Below, piece after piece: positions 39,537 to 49,939 of a stretch of 64,000 nt of DNA. This stretch comes from Capsulimonas sp. GTDB taxonomy: Bacteria > Armatimonadota > Armatimonadia > Armatimonadales > Capsulimonadaceae. The stretch lies in NCBI RefSeq assembly GCF_039928515.1, contig NZ_JBDSSZ010000114.1; one strand, given 5' to 3'. Position 1 is the stretch's first letter. Each line of letters opens with the position of its first letter. A model generated the notes under the pieces. It saw only the letters and a list, made by a program, of their open reading frames with translations. It was not told where the DNA came from and ran no database searches. The translations under genes were made by a program, and so were the position numbers.

Positions 39537-39578
39537 GCAAAACAGGCTCGGACGATCACTCGTCCGAGCCTGTTTTGC
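39537..39578. terminator. Bidirectional terminator between convergent genes
   Basis: GCAAAACAGGCTCGGACGA-tcac-TCGTCCGAGCCTGTTTTGC. Confidence 0.8.
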
Positions 39579-39600
39579 TGCCGAGAAGCAGTTCCGTCGC

Positions 39601-42486
39601 TTACAGCGTTCCTGAGTTTACAATCCGCTGAAGCAAGCGCACCCCGTTGTTGTTGGTCTCGCCAATATAGATCGTCCCAGACGGGGCAACCGCAAGAGAT
39701 TGCACGGAATTAAACTGAGCGATATTCCCAGTTCCGTCTTTAGCGCCAGTTAAACCAGTGCCCGCAACAGTCGTTGTGTACCCAGTTGGACTGATTCGAC
39801 GGATCCGCTGATTACCCACATCACCGACGTAAACGTAACCAGCCGTGTCGATACATATGGCGTATGGCTGCGCAAACCGCGCCCCCGCCCCCGCTCCATC
39901 CGCGTAGCCGTTCACTGGAACATCTCCGTTCACTCCGCCGGCCAGAGTCGATACGATCCCGTCCGGCGTGATCTTTCGGATGCGGGAGTTTCCGGTATCC
40001 GCAACATACAGAATGCCAGCGCGATCACAGGTAATCCCGCTTGGATTTTTGAAGTGAGCGCTGAAGCTGCTCCCGTCGGTAGTCCCAACTGCTCCCACAG
40101 CATTCGAAGTATCTCCACCCAGAAGCGAAACTTGCCAGTTCGCCGCGTTTGTCGGATCACCGCCGGCCAGTTGGAGACGACGCACACGGTTGCCGCTATA
40201 TTCCGTCACGTAAAGGTTGCCGCCGGGATCCGTTGTCAGGCCAAGAGGAGTATTGAATGTCGCTGTAGATCCCAGCAATGATGAATACTGGCCGCCTATA
40301 GCGCCGGTTCCCGCAATTGTACTCACCGTCCAATTCGTGGACAGCGCTGGATTTGCGCCAGGCGAATTGAGGGTGATCATTCGGATCTTCTGATTGCCTG
40401 AGTCCGCCACATAGATGGTCGATCCGTTTGGCGTTACGGCAATTCCGGAGGGGCTGCTGAAGGAGGCGACGTTTCCGGCGCCGTTGGCCGATCCGCTTCC
40501 ACCACCCACATGGCCGGCAATCGTACTCACGACACCGGAGACGCTGATACGCCGAATGGCGGAATTGAACTGGTCGGACAAGTAGAGGTTGCCCGACTGA
40601 TCGACCGCGATGTACTCAGGTCCGTTGAATCGTGCATTCGCGACCGATCCGTCTAAATAGCCGAGGGATGATCCCCCGCCCGAGAGCGTTCGGATTTCCA
40701 CATCGGGCGAGCCGACATTGTTGGGCGACACCGGGGACGGCCCGTTATCGACTGCGCCGGGAGGCGCCAGAATGCTGGAGTCTGCTTCCACGGTTGTTGT
40801 AAACTCGAACGCCGTCACACCGGCGGGGATGACGAAGGTCCAATTCTTAGCGTCCGAAGTGGCGCCGGCCGCAATCGCTCCGGCGTACTGGATGTAAGGA
40901 AAGCTCGTTCCGTCGCCTGGATTGGGAATGACGCCATCGGAATTGGAAAGCTGGACCGGCTCACTGGGAGCCGTCCCGCTGGCGACGCCAATAGGGAACG
41001 CGCCGCTGTTCGGCGTAATCTTACGCACGGTATGGCTGGCGTCCGCTTCGATAATATTACCGCTCGGATCGCTGGTGATCATTTGCGCATTGGTGAATGT
41101 CGCGACGTCGCCGGTTCCGTTGGCCGATCCCGACACGCCAGACCCCGCGAGTGTCGCCACTTGCCAACTGGAAGAGGAGTTGGGGCTGGCCGAACCACCC
41201 GCCTTGAGGGTCACCTGACGGATTCGAGCTCCGTCGGCGACAATGATCGCGCCGTTGACATAAGCGACGCCTCGGGGAGCGGCAAAAGAGGCGGCGTTGC
41301 CGCTTCCGTCGGCCGAGCCTCCTGCTCCCGTGCCGGCGATCGTGGTCACATTTCCATTGGTGTCGATCCGGCGAATGCGCACATTCATGCGATCGGCGAC
41401 GTAAAGAACGCCGTCCGGAGCAACGGCAATCCCGTTGGGGCTGCTGAAGCTGGCCCCGGCGCCGTTTCCGTCGGTTGATCCCGCGCTGCCCGTGCCCGCG
41501 AGTTTGCTGACCGTGTAGCTGGCGGGCGCCTTGGGATCGCTGCCGGTCAATACAATTTTACGCACGTCCTGTCCGGCCTGTTCGGTCACATAGATGACGC
41601 CGCTGGCGCTGACGGTCACTCCGATTGGCTGGTTAAACGTCGCGGCGGTTCCGGCGCCGTTCGCCAATCCGGCAACGCCTGTTCCCGCCACCGTGGTCAC
41701 TTGCCCGTCTGGAGTAATGCGCCGTATACGATGACCGCCGAACTCGGCGACGATAATTGCGCCGTCGACAGGATTGAGCGCGATCGCGTAAGGAATATTG
41801 AACGAAGCCGTCAATCCCGCCCCGTTTGCCCCGCCGACAGCGCCGCTGCCGGCAAGCGTGCTGACCAAGCCATTCGCAATCTTGCGGATTCGGTGAGCGT
41901 TATATTCGGAGACATAGTAAACGCCGTTTCCGGCGGCAGCCACGCCGACCGGCAGATTAAACGACGCCGATCCGACGGGTCCATCTTGAGTTCCCCCGCT
42001 CCCCGTGCCGGCGATCGTGGTGACGGATGTTTTTGGACGCAGATCGGTAAAAGCGCTGACGTTTGTAAAATTGCTGAAGCGGACTTTGAGGCCGCTCGGC
42101 GAGCCATCGGGCGTCTGCCCGATTGGAACTCCCCAATGGTTCGTCAGCGAAACGCTCAGGACTTTAAGACCCGCGTCACCGGGCTGATCGAGCAAAGCGC
42201 TGGAAGTAAACCCGACGGCGCTGCCCGTAAAGACCGCATGGGACTGCGCGCCCTTCGAAACTTTAGGCGTGGTTCCGGTCAGGGACTGGATCGTAACCTT
42301 GCGGCTCGCCACATCGACGTGAAACGTTGCCGTAGCGTTTGTCGCGGTCTGAGGATTAGTCGTGGGCGGTGTGGTCGTACCGTCGCCGCCGGCTGCGGGC
42401 GAACCCGCGCCCCCGCCGCCTCCGCATCCCGTTGAGACCAGCAGTCCCGCGAGCGCAATCACAGAGAAGAGACTTTTATTGAGCAT
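39601..42486 (-). CDS. Large lipoprotein with two NHL-repeat beta-propellers
   Basis: Lipobox-like LLVSTG-C; about 12 repeats of A.FN.P.GIAV...G.LYVAD..N.RIRKI...G.VTT.AG. Confidence 0.9.
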   Translation of the reverse strand: MLNKSLFSVIALAGLLVSTGCGGGGGAGSPAAGGDGTTTPPTTNPQTATNATATFHVDVASRKVTIQSLTGTTPKVSKGAQSHAVFTGSAVGFTSSALLDQPGDAGLKVLSVSLTNHWGVPIGQTPDGSPSGLKVRFSNFTNVSAFTDLRPKTSVTTIAGTGSGGTQDGPVGSASFNLPVGVAAAGNGVYYVSEYNAHRIRKIANGLVSTLAGSGAVGGANGAGLTASFNIPYAIALNPVDGAIIVAEFGGHRIRRITPDGQVTTVAGTGVAGLANGAGTAATFNQPIGVTVSASGVIYVTEQAGQDVRKIVLTGSDPKAPASYTVSKLAGTGSAGSTDGNGAGASFSSPNGIAVAPDGVLYVADRMNVRIRRIDTNGNVTTIAGTGAGGSADGSGNAASFAAPRGVAYVNGAIIVADGARIRQVTLKAGGSASPNSSSSWQVATLAGSGVSGSANGTGDVATFTNAQMITSDPSGNIIEADASHTVRKITPNSGAFPIGVASGTAPSEPVQLSNSDGVIPNPGDGTSFPYIQYAGAIAAGATSDAKNWTFVIPAGVTAFEFTTTVEADSSILAPPGAVDNGPSPVSPNNVGSPDVEIRTLSGGGSSLGYLDGSVANARFNGPEYIAVDQSGNLYLSDQFNSAIRRISVSGVVSTIAGHVGGGSGSANGAGNVASFSSPSGIAVTPNGSTIYVADSGNQKIRMITLNSPGANPALSTNWTVSTIAGTGAIGGQYSSLLGSTATFNTPLGLTTDPGGNLYVTEYSGNRVRRLQLAGGDPTNAANWQVSLLGGDTSNAVGAVGTTDGSSFSAHFKNPSGITCDRAGILYVADTGNSRIRKITPDGIVSTLAGGVNGDVPVNGYADGAGAGARFAQPYAICIDTAGYVYVGDVGNQRIRRISPTGYTTTVAGTGLTGAKDGTGNIAQFNSVQSLAVAPSGTIYIGETNNNGVRLLQRIVNSGTL

Positions 42487-42759
42487 TTAGGGTTGTCCTT
42501 GCTTTCTACATTGCGTCAATGCACGGCCTTGCCGGATCAAACACAGATCCACCCGTATTATGTATAGTACTCATAGTATACCATTGATATTTTGAACAGT
42601 GCGAGCCCTCGCTTTTGCGATTTGCTCTCAGAAACAGGTAGACTGAACGCATCAGTATGTCTTTCTGGCCTCGTACTTCTTTCAGGCGCATACCGATGAT
42701 GATTCACGCCAATCAAGTACTGTAAACAACGCAAGAGCAGCAGGAGCAAAGGACAAACC

Positions 42760-43653
42760 ATGAATCTCCAATCAATGATGAAAACTTTCGTTATCGCGGG
42801 CGCAGCCCTCGCGTTCGCCACATCCGCGCACGCGCAGGCGACCCGCACCTGGGTCTCAGGCGTCGGCGATGACGTCAACCCGTGCAGCCGGACCGCCCCC
42901 TGCAAGACATTCGCGGGAGCCATCTCCAAGACCGCTGCGGGCGGAGAGATCGACACGCTCGACCCGGGCGGTTATGGAGCGGTCACCATCACCAAGTCGA
43001 TCACCATCGACGGCGGCGGATCGCACTCAAGCATTTTGTTCTCAGGCACGAACGGCGTGATCGTCAATGCGGCCGCGACGGATATTGTGACGCTGCGCAA
43101 TCTGTCGCTAAACGGCGCCGGGAGCACTTTAGGTCTCAATGGCATCCGCTATATTGCCGGCGGCGCGCTAAACGTGCAGAAATGTAACATTTTTTCGTTC
43201 AGTAACTATGGAATTGACGTGTCGCTGACCGCCGCCGGCAAACTGACACTCAAGGATACGACCATCACGGGCGGCACGCGTGGCGTGAGCGCGATTACGA
43301 CGGCGGGAAACCTGTTCGTTTCCGGCGACAATGTCACCGTCAATAACTCCTTCGTCGGCATCGACCTGGGATATGGATACGGCCAGTTCACAAACTCGGT
43401 CGTGACCAAGTGCGGAACCGTGGGCCTTCTGGGCGAAGGCGGTTTCTTAACCTTCAGCAATGGAACGATCAGCAGTTGCGGAACTGCCGTGCGCGTGTAC
43501 AACCCCGCCACGGTACGTCTGTCCAACGACGATCTTTTGGACAACGGCCTGAACTATGGGTATACGGGCGCAGGCAAAATCGCCTCGGCCGGAAATAACC
43601 GCGTTGCCGGAGGCGTGATTGTCGCGCCGAACGCCACAATCACCGTGCAGTAA
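42760..43653 (+). CDS. Secreted right-handed beta-helix (pectin-lyase-fold) protein, copy 1
   Basis: AHA-QATRTWVSGVGDD.NPCSRTAPCKTFAGAISKTAAGGEI. Confidence 0.8.
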   Translation: MNLQSMMKTFVIAGAALAFATSAHAQATRTWVSGVGDDVNPCSRTAPCKTFAGAISKTAAGGEIDTLDPGGYGAVTITKSITIDGGGSHSSILFSGTNGVIVNAAATDIVTLRNLSLNGAGSTLGLNGIRYIAGGALNVQKCNIFSFSNYGIDVSLTAAGKLTLKDTTITGGTRGVSAITTAGNLFVSGDNVTVNNSFVGIDLGYGYGQFTNSVVTKCGTVGLLGEGGFLTFSNGTISSCGTAVRVYNPATVRLSNDDLLDNGLNYGYTGAGKIASAGNNRVAGGVIVAPNATITVQ

Positions 43654-43840
43654 AACCACGTTCCGTAATCGGATTTTTCATCCAGGCGGCGTGAAGACTT
43701 CGCACTCCACGCCGCCCTGATTTCAGCTCTCCCCTTCCCTCGTTTCTTACATCCCAATTTGCCTCGACCAAGGTGAACCTCTCGATTTGCCGGTGAGATA
43801 CCGAAAATAGATTAACCTTACCAGGAGATCTAAATTTTCT

Positions 43841-44725
43841 ATGACGATCCAATCGATGAAAACTTTCGTTATCGCGGGCGCGGCGCTTGCGTTCGCCACT
43901 TCCGCGCACGCACAGGCGACGCGCACCTGGGTCTCGGGCGTCGGCGATGACGTCAACCCGTGCAGTCGGACCGCCCCCTGCAAGACATTCGCGGGAGCCA
44001 TCTCCAAGACCGCCGCGGGCGGTGAGATCGACACACTCGATCCCGGCGGCTATGGAACCGTCACTATCACCAAGTCGATCACCATTGACGGCGGCGGATC
44101 GCTGTCCAGCATTCTGTTCTCAGGCACGAACGGCGTGATCGTCAATGCGGCCTCGACGGATACCGTGACGCTGCGTAATCTGTCGTTCGACGGCGGCGGC
44201 ACGGGCCTGAACGGCATTCGCTACATTGCCGGCGGCGCGCTAAACGTGCAGAAATGTGATATTTTTTCGTTCAGTAACTATGGAATTGACGTGTCGCTGA
44301 CCGCCGCCGGCAAGGTGACGATCAAGGATACGACGATTACGGGCGGCGCCCGTGGCGTGAGCGCCATCACGACTGCCGGAAACCTCTTCGTGTCCGGCGA
44401 CAATGTCACCGTTAATAACGCCTATGTTGGCATCGACCTGGGATACGGATACGGACAGTTCACGAACTCGATGGTCACAAAGTGCGGAACTGTCGGTCTT
44501 CTGGGTGAGGGCGGCTTCCTGACGTTCAGCAATGGTGTCATCAGCAGCTGCGGAACCGCCGCGCGCGTCTACAACCCCGCCACGATTCGTCTGTCCAACG
44601 ACGATCTTTTGGACAACGGCCTGAACTATGGGTATACGGGCGCAGGCAAAATCGCCTCCGCCGGAAATAACCATGTGGCTGGAGGAGGCGTTGCAACGCC
44701 GAACGCGACAATGACCACGCAGTAA
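43841..44725 (+). CDS. Secreted right-handed beta-helix protein, copy 2 (near-identical paralog)
   Basis: Collinear with copy 1, with long identical DNA tracts. Confidence 0.8.
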   Translation: MTIQSMKTFVIAGAALAFATSAHAQATRTWVSGVGDDVNPCSRTAPCKTFAGAISKTAAGGEIDTLDPGGYGTVTITKSITIDGGGSLSSILFSGTNGVIVNAASTDTVTLRNLSFDGGGTGLNGIRYIAGGALNVQKCDIFSFSNYGIDVSLTAAGKVTIKDTTITGGARGVSAITTAGNLFVSGDNVTVNNAYVGIDLGYGYGQFTNSMVTKCGTVGLLGEGGFLTFSNGVISSCGTAARVYNPATIRLSNDDLLDNGLNYGYTGAGKIASAGNNHVAGGGVATPNATMTTQ

Positions 44726-44755
44726 AATTTCGGCGACCTTTCGAAACAAATCCTG

Positions 44756-44807
44756 AGCGCCCCCGATCCTCTTCACATGCATGAAGATGATCGGGGGCGC
44801 TTTTTTT
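44756..44807 (+). terminator. Intrinsic terminator
   Basis: AGCGCCCCCGATC...GATCGGGGGCGCT followed by a T-tract. Confidence 0.75.
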
Positions 44808-44855
44808 ACGACTTTGCATTGCGCCGACATACGGCATTCAGGGTCATAATAAGTT

Positions 44856-45719
44856 ATGACATCATTGTTAGCGACAAAGCAGATACGGATCACCGCAGTC
44901 AGCCTCGCGTCCAATGCTGGCGCGCGTAACATCGACCCCGTGGAGGATCTGGTCGCCGTCGAGGAGCCGCTGGAAATCCAGGTTTCGTCTATTCACGGCC
45001 CGGCGCGTACGGTTTCCATCACGATGCGTACGCCCGGAAACGACGCCGAGCTTGCCGCCGGGTTTCTCTGGGGTGAAGGGGCGTTTCAAAGAACCGATCA
45101 AATTCTTGGAAGCCAGGCCGAGCAAAATGTCATCCGAACGATTGTCGCTCCGGAAGTCCTGGATGGCCTAGAACGGCTGAGCAGAAATTTCTATACGACT
45201 TCCAGCTGCGGTGTCTGCGGCAAAACCTCGCTGACGGCCCTGCGGCAGCGCACAAAGTTTACAATTAATCCTGGTTCGCCAATAGTCGAGGCTGATATCC
45301 TGACCGGCATTCCGGACACAGTAAGAAAAGTCCAGAAGACGTTCAATCAAACCGGCGGGCTTCATGGCGCGGCGCTGCTCGAAGCCGATGGAACCCTGAT
45401 CGCGCTGCGCGAGGATGTCGGGCGGCATAACGCTGTGGATAAGCTCATTGGCGCGTGTGTCCTCAACCATCAGCTGCCTCTCTCGGGTGCTATTCTTTTT
45501 CTGAGCGGTCGCGCGAGCTTTGAGCTTCTGCAAAAGGCGTACATGGCGGGCATCCCGATTGTCGCGGCGGTCGGCGCCCCCTCCAGTCTCGCCGTTGAGA
45601 TGGCGGAAGAAGCAGGAATCACGCTGATCGGATTTCTTCGCGGCCAGCGTTTCAATATTTACACTAGCGCGGAGCGAGTGCGCCTCACATCGTCAATGGA
45701 GACAAAAATTGAGCGATAA
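44856..45719 (+). CDS. fdhD: Formate dehydrogenase accessory sulfurtransferase FdhD
   Basis: VEEPLEI, TMRTPG.D.ELAAGF, SSCGVCG, TGGLH, EDVGRHNAVDK. Confidence 0.95.
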   Translation: MTSLLATKQIRITAVSLASNAGARNIDPVEDLVAVEEPLEIQVSSIHGPARTVSITMRTPGNDAELAAGFLWGEGAFQRTDQILGSQAEQNVIRTIVAPEVLDGLERLSRNFYTTSSCGVCGKTSLTALRQRTKFTINPGSPIVEADILTGIPDTVRKVQKTFNQTGGLHGAALLEADGTLIALREDVGRHNAVDKLIGACVLNHQLPLSGAILFLSGRASFELLQKAYMAGIPIVAAVGAPSSLAVEMAEEAGITLIGFLRGQRFNIYTSAERVRLTSSMETKIER

Positions 45720-48045
45720 CCCAAATCTAACCAATCATGGAGAAGTACAGCCGGAAGGGCCGCGAGCCGAGCCCACCGCCGGCCTCAGCGCGCCGAAAAC
45801 CGCAGCTGGCGGCGTGCCCGCCCTGGTGTCGTCACTGCGCCACATTCACGAAGAAACAGGCGTCGTGCGCGGCGCGCGGACGCTCCTGCGCATGAATCAG
45901 ACCGATGGGTTCGACTGCCCAGGCTGCGCGTGGCCCGATCCCGAAAACAAGCGCTCGCACGCTGAGTTCTGCGAAAACGGCGTCAAAGCCGTTGCAGAGG
46001 AGGCAACGACCAAACGAATCACAACAGAGTTCTTTCAAAAATGGAGCGTCGCCGATCTTTCGGAACAAACCGATCACTGGCTGGGCAAGCAAGGCCGCCT
46101 CACCCACCCCATGGTTCTTCGTCCCGGGGCGACACACTATGAACCGGTCTCGTGGGATAACGCATTCCAAATCATCGCCTCGGAACTGAACGCGCTGGCG
46201 TCCCCGAATGAGGCGCTCTTTTATACCTCCGGCCGCACCAGCAATGAAGCCGCATTTCTCTATCAGCTGTTCGTACGGCAGTTCGGCACAAACAATCTCC
46301 CCGACTGCTCCAACATGTGCCATGAGTCCAGCGGCGCGGCCCTCAGCGAAACGCTCGGCGTTGGTAAAGGCACGGTCACGCTGGAAGATCTGGAGATGGC
46401 GGATACGATCTTCGTGATCGGACAAAACCCCGGCACCAACCACCCGCGCATGCTCAGCGCCCTCCAGCACGCGGTTCGCAACGGCTGTACGGTTGTCAGC
46501 GTCAACCCATTGCCCGAAGCCGGCCTGATACGCTTCCAGCACCCTCAAGAACCCATCGGGATGCTGGCGGGCGGCACCCCGCTCTCCAAGCTCTTCCTGC
46601 AAGTGCGGATCAACGGCGACGTCGCGCTGCTCAAAGGAATCCTCAAAGAGATGCTGGAAGCCGAAGACAGATCTCCCGGGTCGGTCTTCGACCATGAGTT
46701 TATCGCGGCGCATACCAGCGGCTATGACGAGTTCGCAGCCGATATACGCCTGGAATCTTGGGAAGCAATCGTCGAGCAAAGCGGCATTGGTCGCGAGCAG
46801 ATCCGTGAGGCGGCGGAAACCGCGATGCGCGCCGAGCGGATGATCTGCTGCTGGGCGATGGGGCTGACGCAGCACAAAAACGCCGTCGCCAACATTCAGG
46901 AAATCGTCAACCTGCTGCTTCTGCGCGGCCAGATCGGCAAGCCCGGCGCCGGCGTATGCCCCGTGCGCGGCCATAGCAATGTCCAAGGTGATCGGACAAT
47001 GGGCATTTGGGAAAAGATGCCCGACCGATTTCTGGACGCCCTGGGACGCGAATTCGATTTCGAGCCGCCACGCCGCCATGGCCTGGACGCCGTCGAATCG
47101 ATCAAAGCAATGCACGCCGGCAAGGCGCGTGTCTTCATCGGCATGGGCGGAAATTTTCTCTCCGCGACACCGGATACAACCTATACAGCGACGGCGCTAA
47201 GCCAATGCGATTTGACCGTTCAAATCTCCACCAAGCTCAATCGCAGTCATCTCATTACGGGAAAAACGGCGCTAATCCTTCCCTGTCTAGGCCGCACTGA
47301 GGCTGACATCCAGTCGTCCGGGCCGCAGTTTGTCACCGTAGAAGATTCCATGAGCGTCGTTCATCGTTCACGCGGCGCGCTCGCGCCGGCGTCCGAGCAT
47401 CTTCGCAGCGAGCCGGCCATCGTCGCCGGCATGGCGAGCGCCACGCTTGGCGCCCGATCCAAAGTTCAATGGGACCAATTGGCGTCAAACTACGATCTCA
47501 TCCGCGATCACGTCTCTCATGTCATTCCCGGCTTCCACGACTATAACGAACGCGTCCGCGAAACCAACGGCTTTCGGCTGCCGAACGGCGCACGCGAGCG
47601 CAGCTTCGTCACATCCACACAAAAAGCGCGCTTCACGGTCCACCCCATCCCTGAAACAAAGCTGGCGCCAGACGAGCTTCTCATGATGACCATTCGGAGC
47701 CATGACCAGTACAACACCACAATCTACGGCTTGGATGACCGGTACCGGGGCATCCACAACGGCCGCCGTGTTGTGCTTCTGAACGCCCACGATATCGAAG
47801 AATTAGGCTTCCAGCCTCAGGAATGGGTCGATCTGATCGGCCGCTTCCAAGGAGAAGAACGCGTCGCCGAACGATTTCTGATCGTCCCCTACGACATCCC
47901 CCGCCGATGCGCCGCCACATACTTCCCCGAAGCCAATGTCCTGGTCCCCATCAACAGCGTTGCCGACAAAAGCAACACACCCACATCAAAGTCTGTTGTC
48001 ATCGCATTGCGGCGTTTGACTGCATCCGACGCAATGAACCCCTGA
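45709..48045 (+). CDS. FdhF/YdeP family molybdopterin oxidoreductase
   Basis: NQTDGFDCPGCAWPD, EFCENG.KA, YTSGRTSNE, NNLPDCSNMCHE, RSHDQYNTTIYG. Confidence 0.93.
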   Translation: MSDNPNLTNHGEVQPEGPRAEPTAGLSAPKTAAGGVPALVSSLRHIHEETGVVRGARTLLRMNQTDGFDCPGCAWPDPENKRSHAEFCENGVKAVAEEATTKRITTEFFQKWSVADLSEQTDHWLGKQGRLTHPMVLRPGATHYEPVSWDNAFQIIASELNALASPNEALFYTSGRTSNEAAFLYQLFVRQFGTNNLPDCSNMCHESSGAALSETLGVGKGTVTLEDLEMADTIFVIGQNPGTNHPRMLSALQHAVRNGCTVVSVNPLPEAGLIRFQHPQEPIGMLAGGTPLSKLFLQVRINGDVALLKGILKEMLEAEDRSPGSVFDHEFIAAHTSGYDEFAADIRLESWEAIVEQSGIGREQIREAAETAMRAERMICCWAMGLTQHKNAVANIQEIVNLLLLRGQIGKPGAGVCPVRGHSNVQGDRTMGIWEKMPDRFLDALGREFDFEPPRRHGLDAVESIKAMHAGKARVFIGMGGNFLSATPDTTYTATALSQCDLTVQISTKLNRSHLITGKTALILPCLGRTEADIQSSGPQFVTVEDSMSVVHRSRGALAPASEHLRSEPAIVAGMASATLGARSKVQWDQLASNYDLIRDHVSHVIPGFHDYNERVRETNGFRLPNGARERSFVTSTQKARFTVHPIPETKLAPDELLMMTIRSHDQYNTTIYGLDDRYRGIHNGRRVVLLNAHDIEELGFQPQEWVDLIGRFQGEERVAERFLIVPYDIPRRCAATYFPEANVLVPINSVADKSNTPTSKSVVIALRRLTASDAMNP

Positions 48046-48056
48046 ACGAAATCTTT

Positions 48057-48107
48057 ATGGGACCAATCGCTTGACAATGGTCCCATTCTGCTATATAATG
48101 GAGCCGT
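48057..48107 (+). promoter_or_regulatory. Consensus sigma70 promoter of the GH76 cluster covered by three operator-like boxes
   Basis: TTGACA (48071-76), 17 nt, TATAAT (48094-99); boxes ATGGGACCAA 48057, ATGGTCCCAT 48077, ATGGAGCCGT 48098. Confidence 0.85.
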
Positions 48108-48302
48108 AACGAAGTATGATACAGGAACACGATGACAGCATTGTTAGTGCTTAGTCGCTTAAAAAGTATTATTGCTAGAATAGCAATACAATTAACAATA
48201 ATGGTCAAGACAATTTCCGTCCTGGAGGTAATTAAACAACCACAGAAGACATTGTTTAATAGTTAAAATCGCATCACAGCTACGAAATCAGAGAGGATTA
48301 AC

Positions 48303-49841
48303 ATGAAGAAAAATAAGGGTTCAATGATCGGAGTACTGGCCAAAGTCGGCCTGATGGCGTTACTTGTTGGTCTGGGAGGCGCATCGCCCCAGCAGGCGTC
48401 GGCCATAGGATCCGGCGACGCCGACACGATGTTCAATGGCTTTAACAACGCATTTTTGGTTAATGGCAACTATTACAAGACAAGCATCAACGGCAGCACC
48501 TTTGACGGCGGCTGGACCGGCGCGCTAGACATCATGGTGGCCGAGGATGCTTACGAGCGGACCGGCAGCGCCGCGCACAAGAATCTCGTCAACAACCTCT
48601 GCACTACCTTCCTCCAGAAGTTCCCGCCCGGATACACCTGGGACGGCTACAACGACGACATCGGCTGGATGTCCATCATGCTGGCCCGCGGATATCTGAT
48701 CACCGGCAACGCCAACCTGCTTACCCAGGCGCGAACGTCCTGCTTCGACATGGCGTGGGCGCGCGGATGGGACACCCAGTACAACGGCGGCGGCATTTGG
48801 GAACAGCAGCCCAACATGACCCCGGCCGGCCAGAAGATCGACAAGGAAGCTCTCTCCAACGACAGCCTGGGCAAGGCCGCCTGCCTGATCTACATGGGCA
48901 ACCACGATCAATGGTATCTGGACCGCGCTACTCAGATCTACGCCTGGGTGCGCAGCCACCTCTACAATACAAGCAACGGCCAAGTTTACAACGGCGTTGA
49001 CCGCAACAACGTCGTCGATACCAGCAGGAATGTCTACAACCAGGGCACTTTTGCGGATTACGCCAATTACCTCTATCAGATCACCGGCAACGTCATGTAT
49101 TACGACGACGCCAAAAGGGCGATCGACTACGTCAAAGGTCCTTCCTGGTACAACGGCGGCGTCATGACCGGGGGCGGCACCAATACCTGGTCGGACGAGT
49201 ACGCCCGAGGCCTGGGACATTTCTGTCGGGATAACCGCCAGTGGGGCGCATACCTCAGCTGGGCGCAGGCCAACGCCAACGCCGCCTGGAGCCGTCGCCG
49301 CACCGACTACAACATCTGCTGGAGCGACTTCAGCCAGCAGACCCCGAACGATAATAATATCATTACGAATCGGTTTTGCGACGCGGCGGCGTGGCTGCAG
49401 TACACCCCAGCCACCATGCCCAGCAACGTCTGGGGACGGCACACGATCGTCGGCTTGAACAACATGGCGGTGGACACGCTCGGCCTGATCGACAATAACA
49501 AAGTCGTGGGCCTCTGGGGCTTGAACTACGGCCAGACCCAGATTTGGAACTTCACCCAGAATGCGGATACCTCCTGGAACATCGTCAGCCAATCCAGCTG
49601 GAAAGCGCTGGATGTTCCAGGCGGCTCCACCACCAACGGAACGCAAATCATTCAGTGGGCTCCTACCCGCGACACGAACCAGCGGTGGTGGGTAGACATG
49701 CAGTCTGACGGCAGTTACAAGATCTGGAACCAGCAAAGCAGCCTATCTTTGGATAGCTCCAGCACTACGACCAACGGACAGGCGCTGATCGAATGGGGCT
49801 GGAACGCCAACGCGCCCCAGCAGCGCTGGCTGCTGCAATAA
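48303..49841 (+). CDS. Secreted GH76 (alpha-1,6-mannanase-like) with ricin-B lectin, copy A1
   Basis: Catalytic GYNDDIGW, GGGIWE, K.ALSN, VYNQG, ARGL; C-terminal QxW repeats. Confidence 0.88.
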   Translation: MKKNKGSMIGVLAKVGLMALLVGLGGASPQQASAIGSGDADTMFNGFNNAFLVNGNYYKTSINGSTFDGGWTGALDIMVAEDAYERTGSAAHKNLVNNLCTTFLQKFPPGYTWDGYNDDIGWMSIMLARGYLITGNANLLTQARTSCFDMAWARGWDTQYNGGGIWEQQPNMTPAGQKIDKEALSNDSLGKAACLIYMGNHDQWYLDRATQIYAWVRSHLYNTSNGQVYNGVDRNNVVDTSRNVYNQGTFADYANYLYQITGNVMYYDDAKRAIDYVKGPSWYNGGVMTGGGTNTWSDEYARGLGHFCRDNRQWGAYLSWAQANANAAWSRRRTDYNICWSDFSQQTPNDNNIITNRFCDAAAWLQYTPATMPSNVWGRHTIVGLNNMAVDTLGLIDNNKVVGLWGLNYGQTQIWNFTQNADTSWNIVSQSSWKALDVPGGSTTNGTQIIQWAPTRDTNQRWWVDMQSDGSYKIWNQQSSLSLDSSSTTTNGQALIEWGWNANAPQQRWLLQ

Positions 49842-49939
49842 ATCATTGGAGAAAGGCCGCTGTCTGATAAAGGCAGCGGCCGTGTTTCCGTATGATTCTA
49901 TCGCTATTATCACAATACATTGACAAGGAGATCATGAAC

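Noticed and set aside
42760-44725. Near-identical repeats as a diversity-generating retroelement TR/VR pair
   Set aside because: No reverse transcriptase is present, differences are not adenine-specific, and both copies are full genes.
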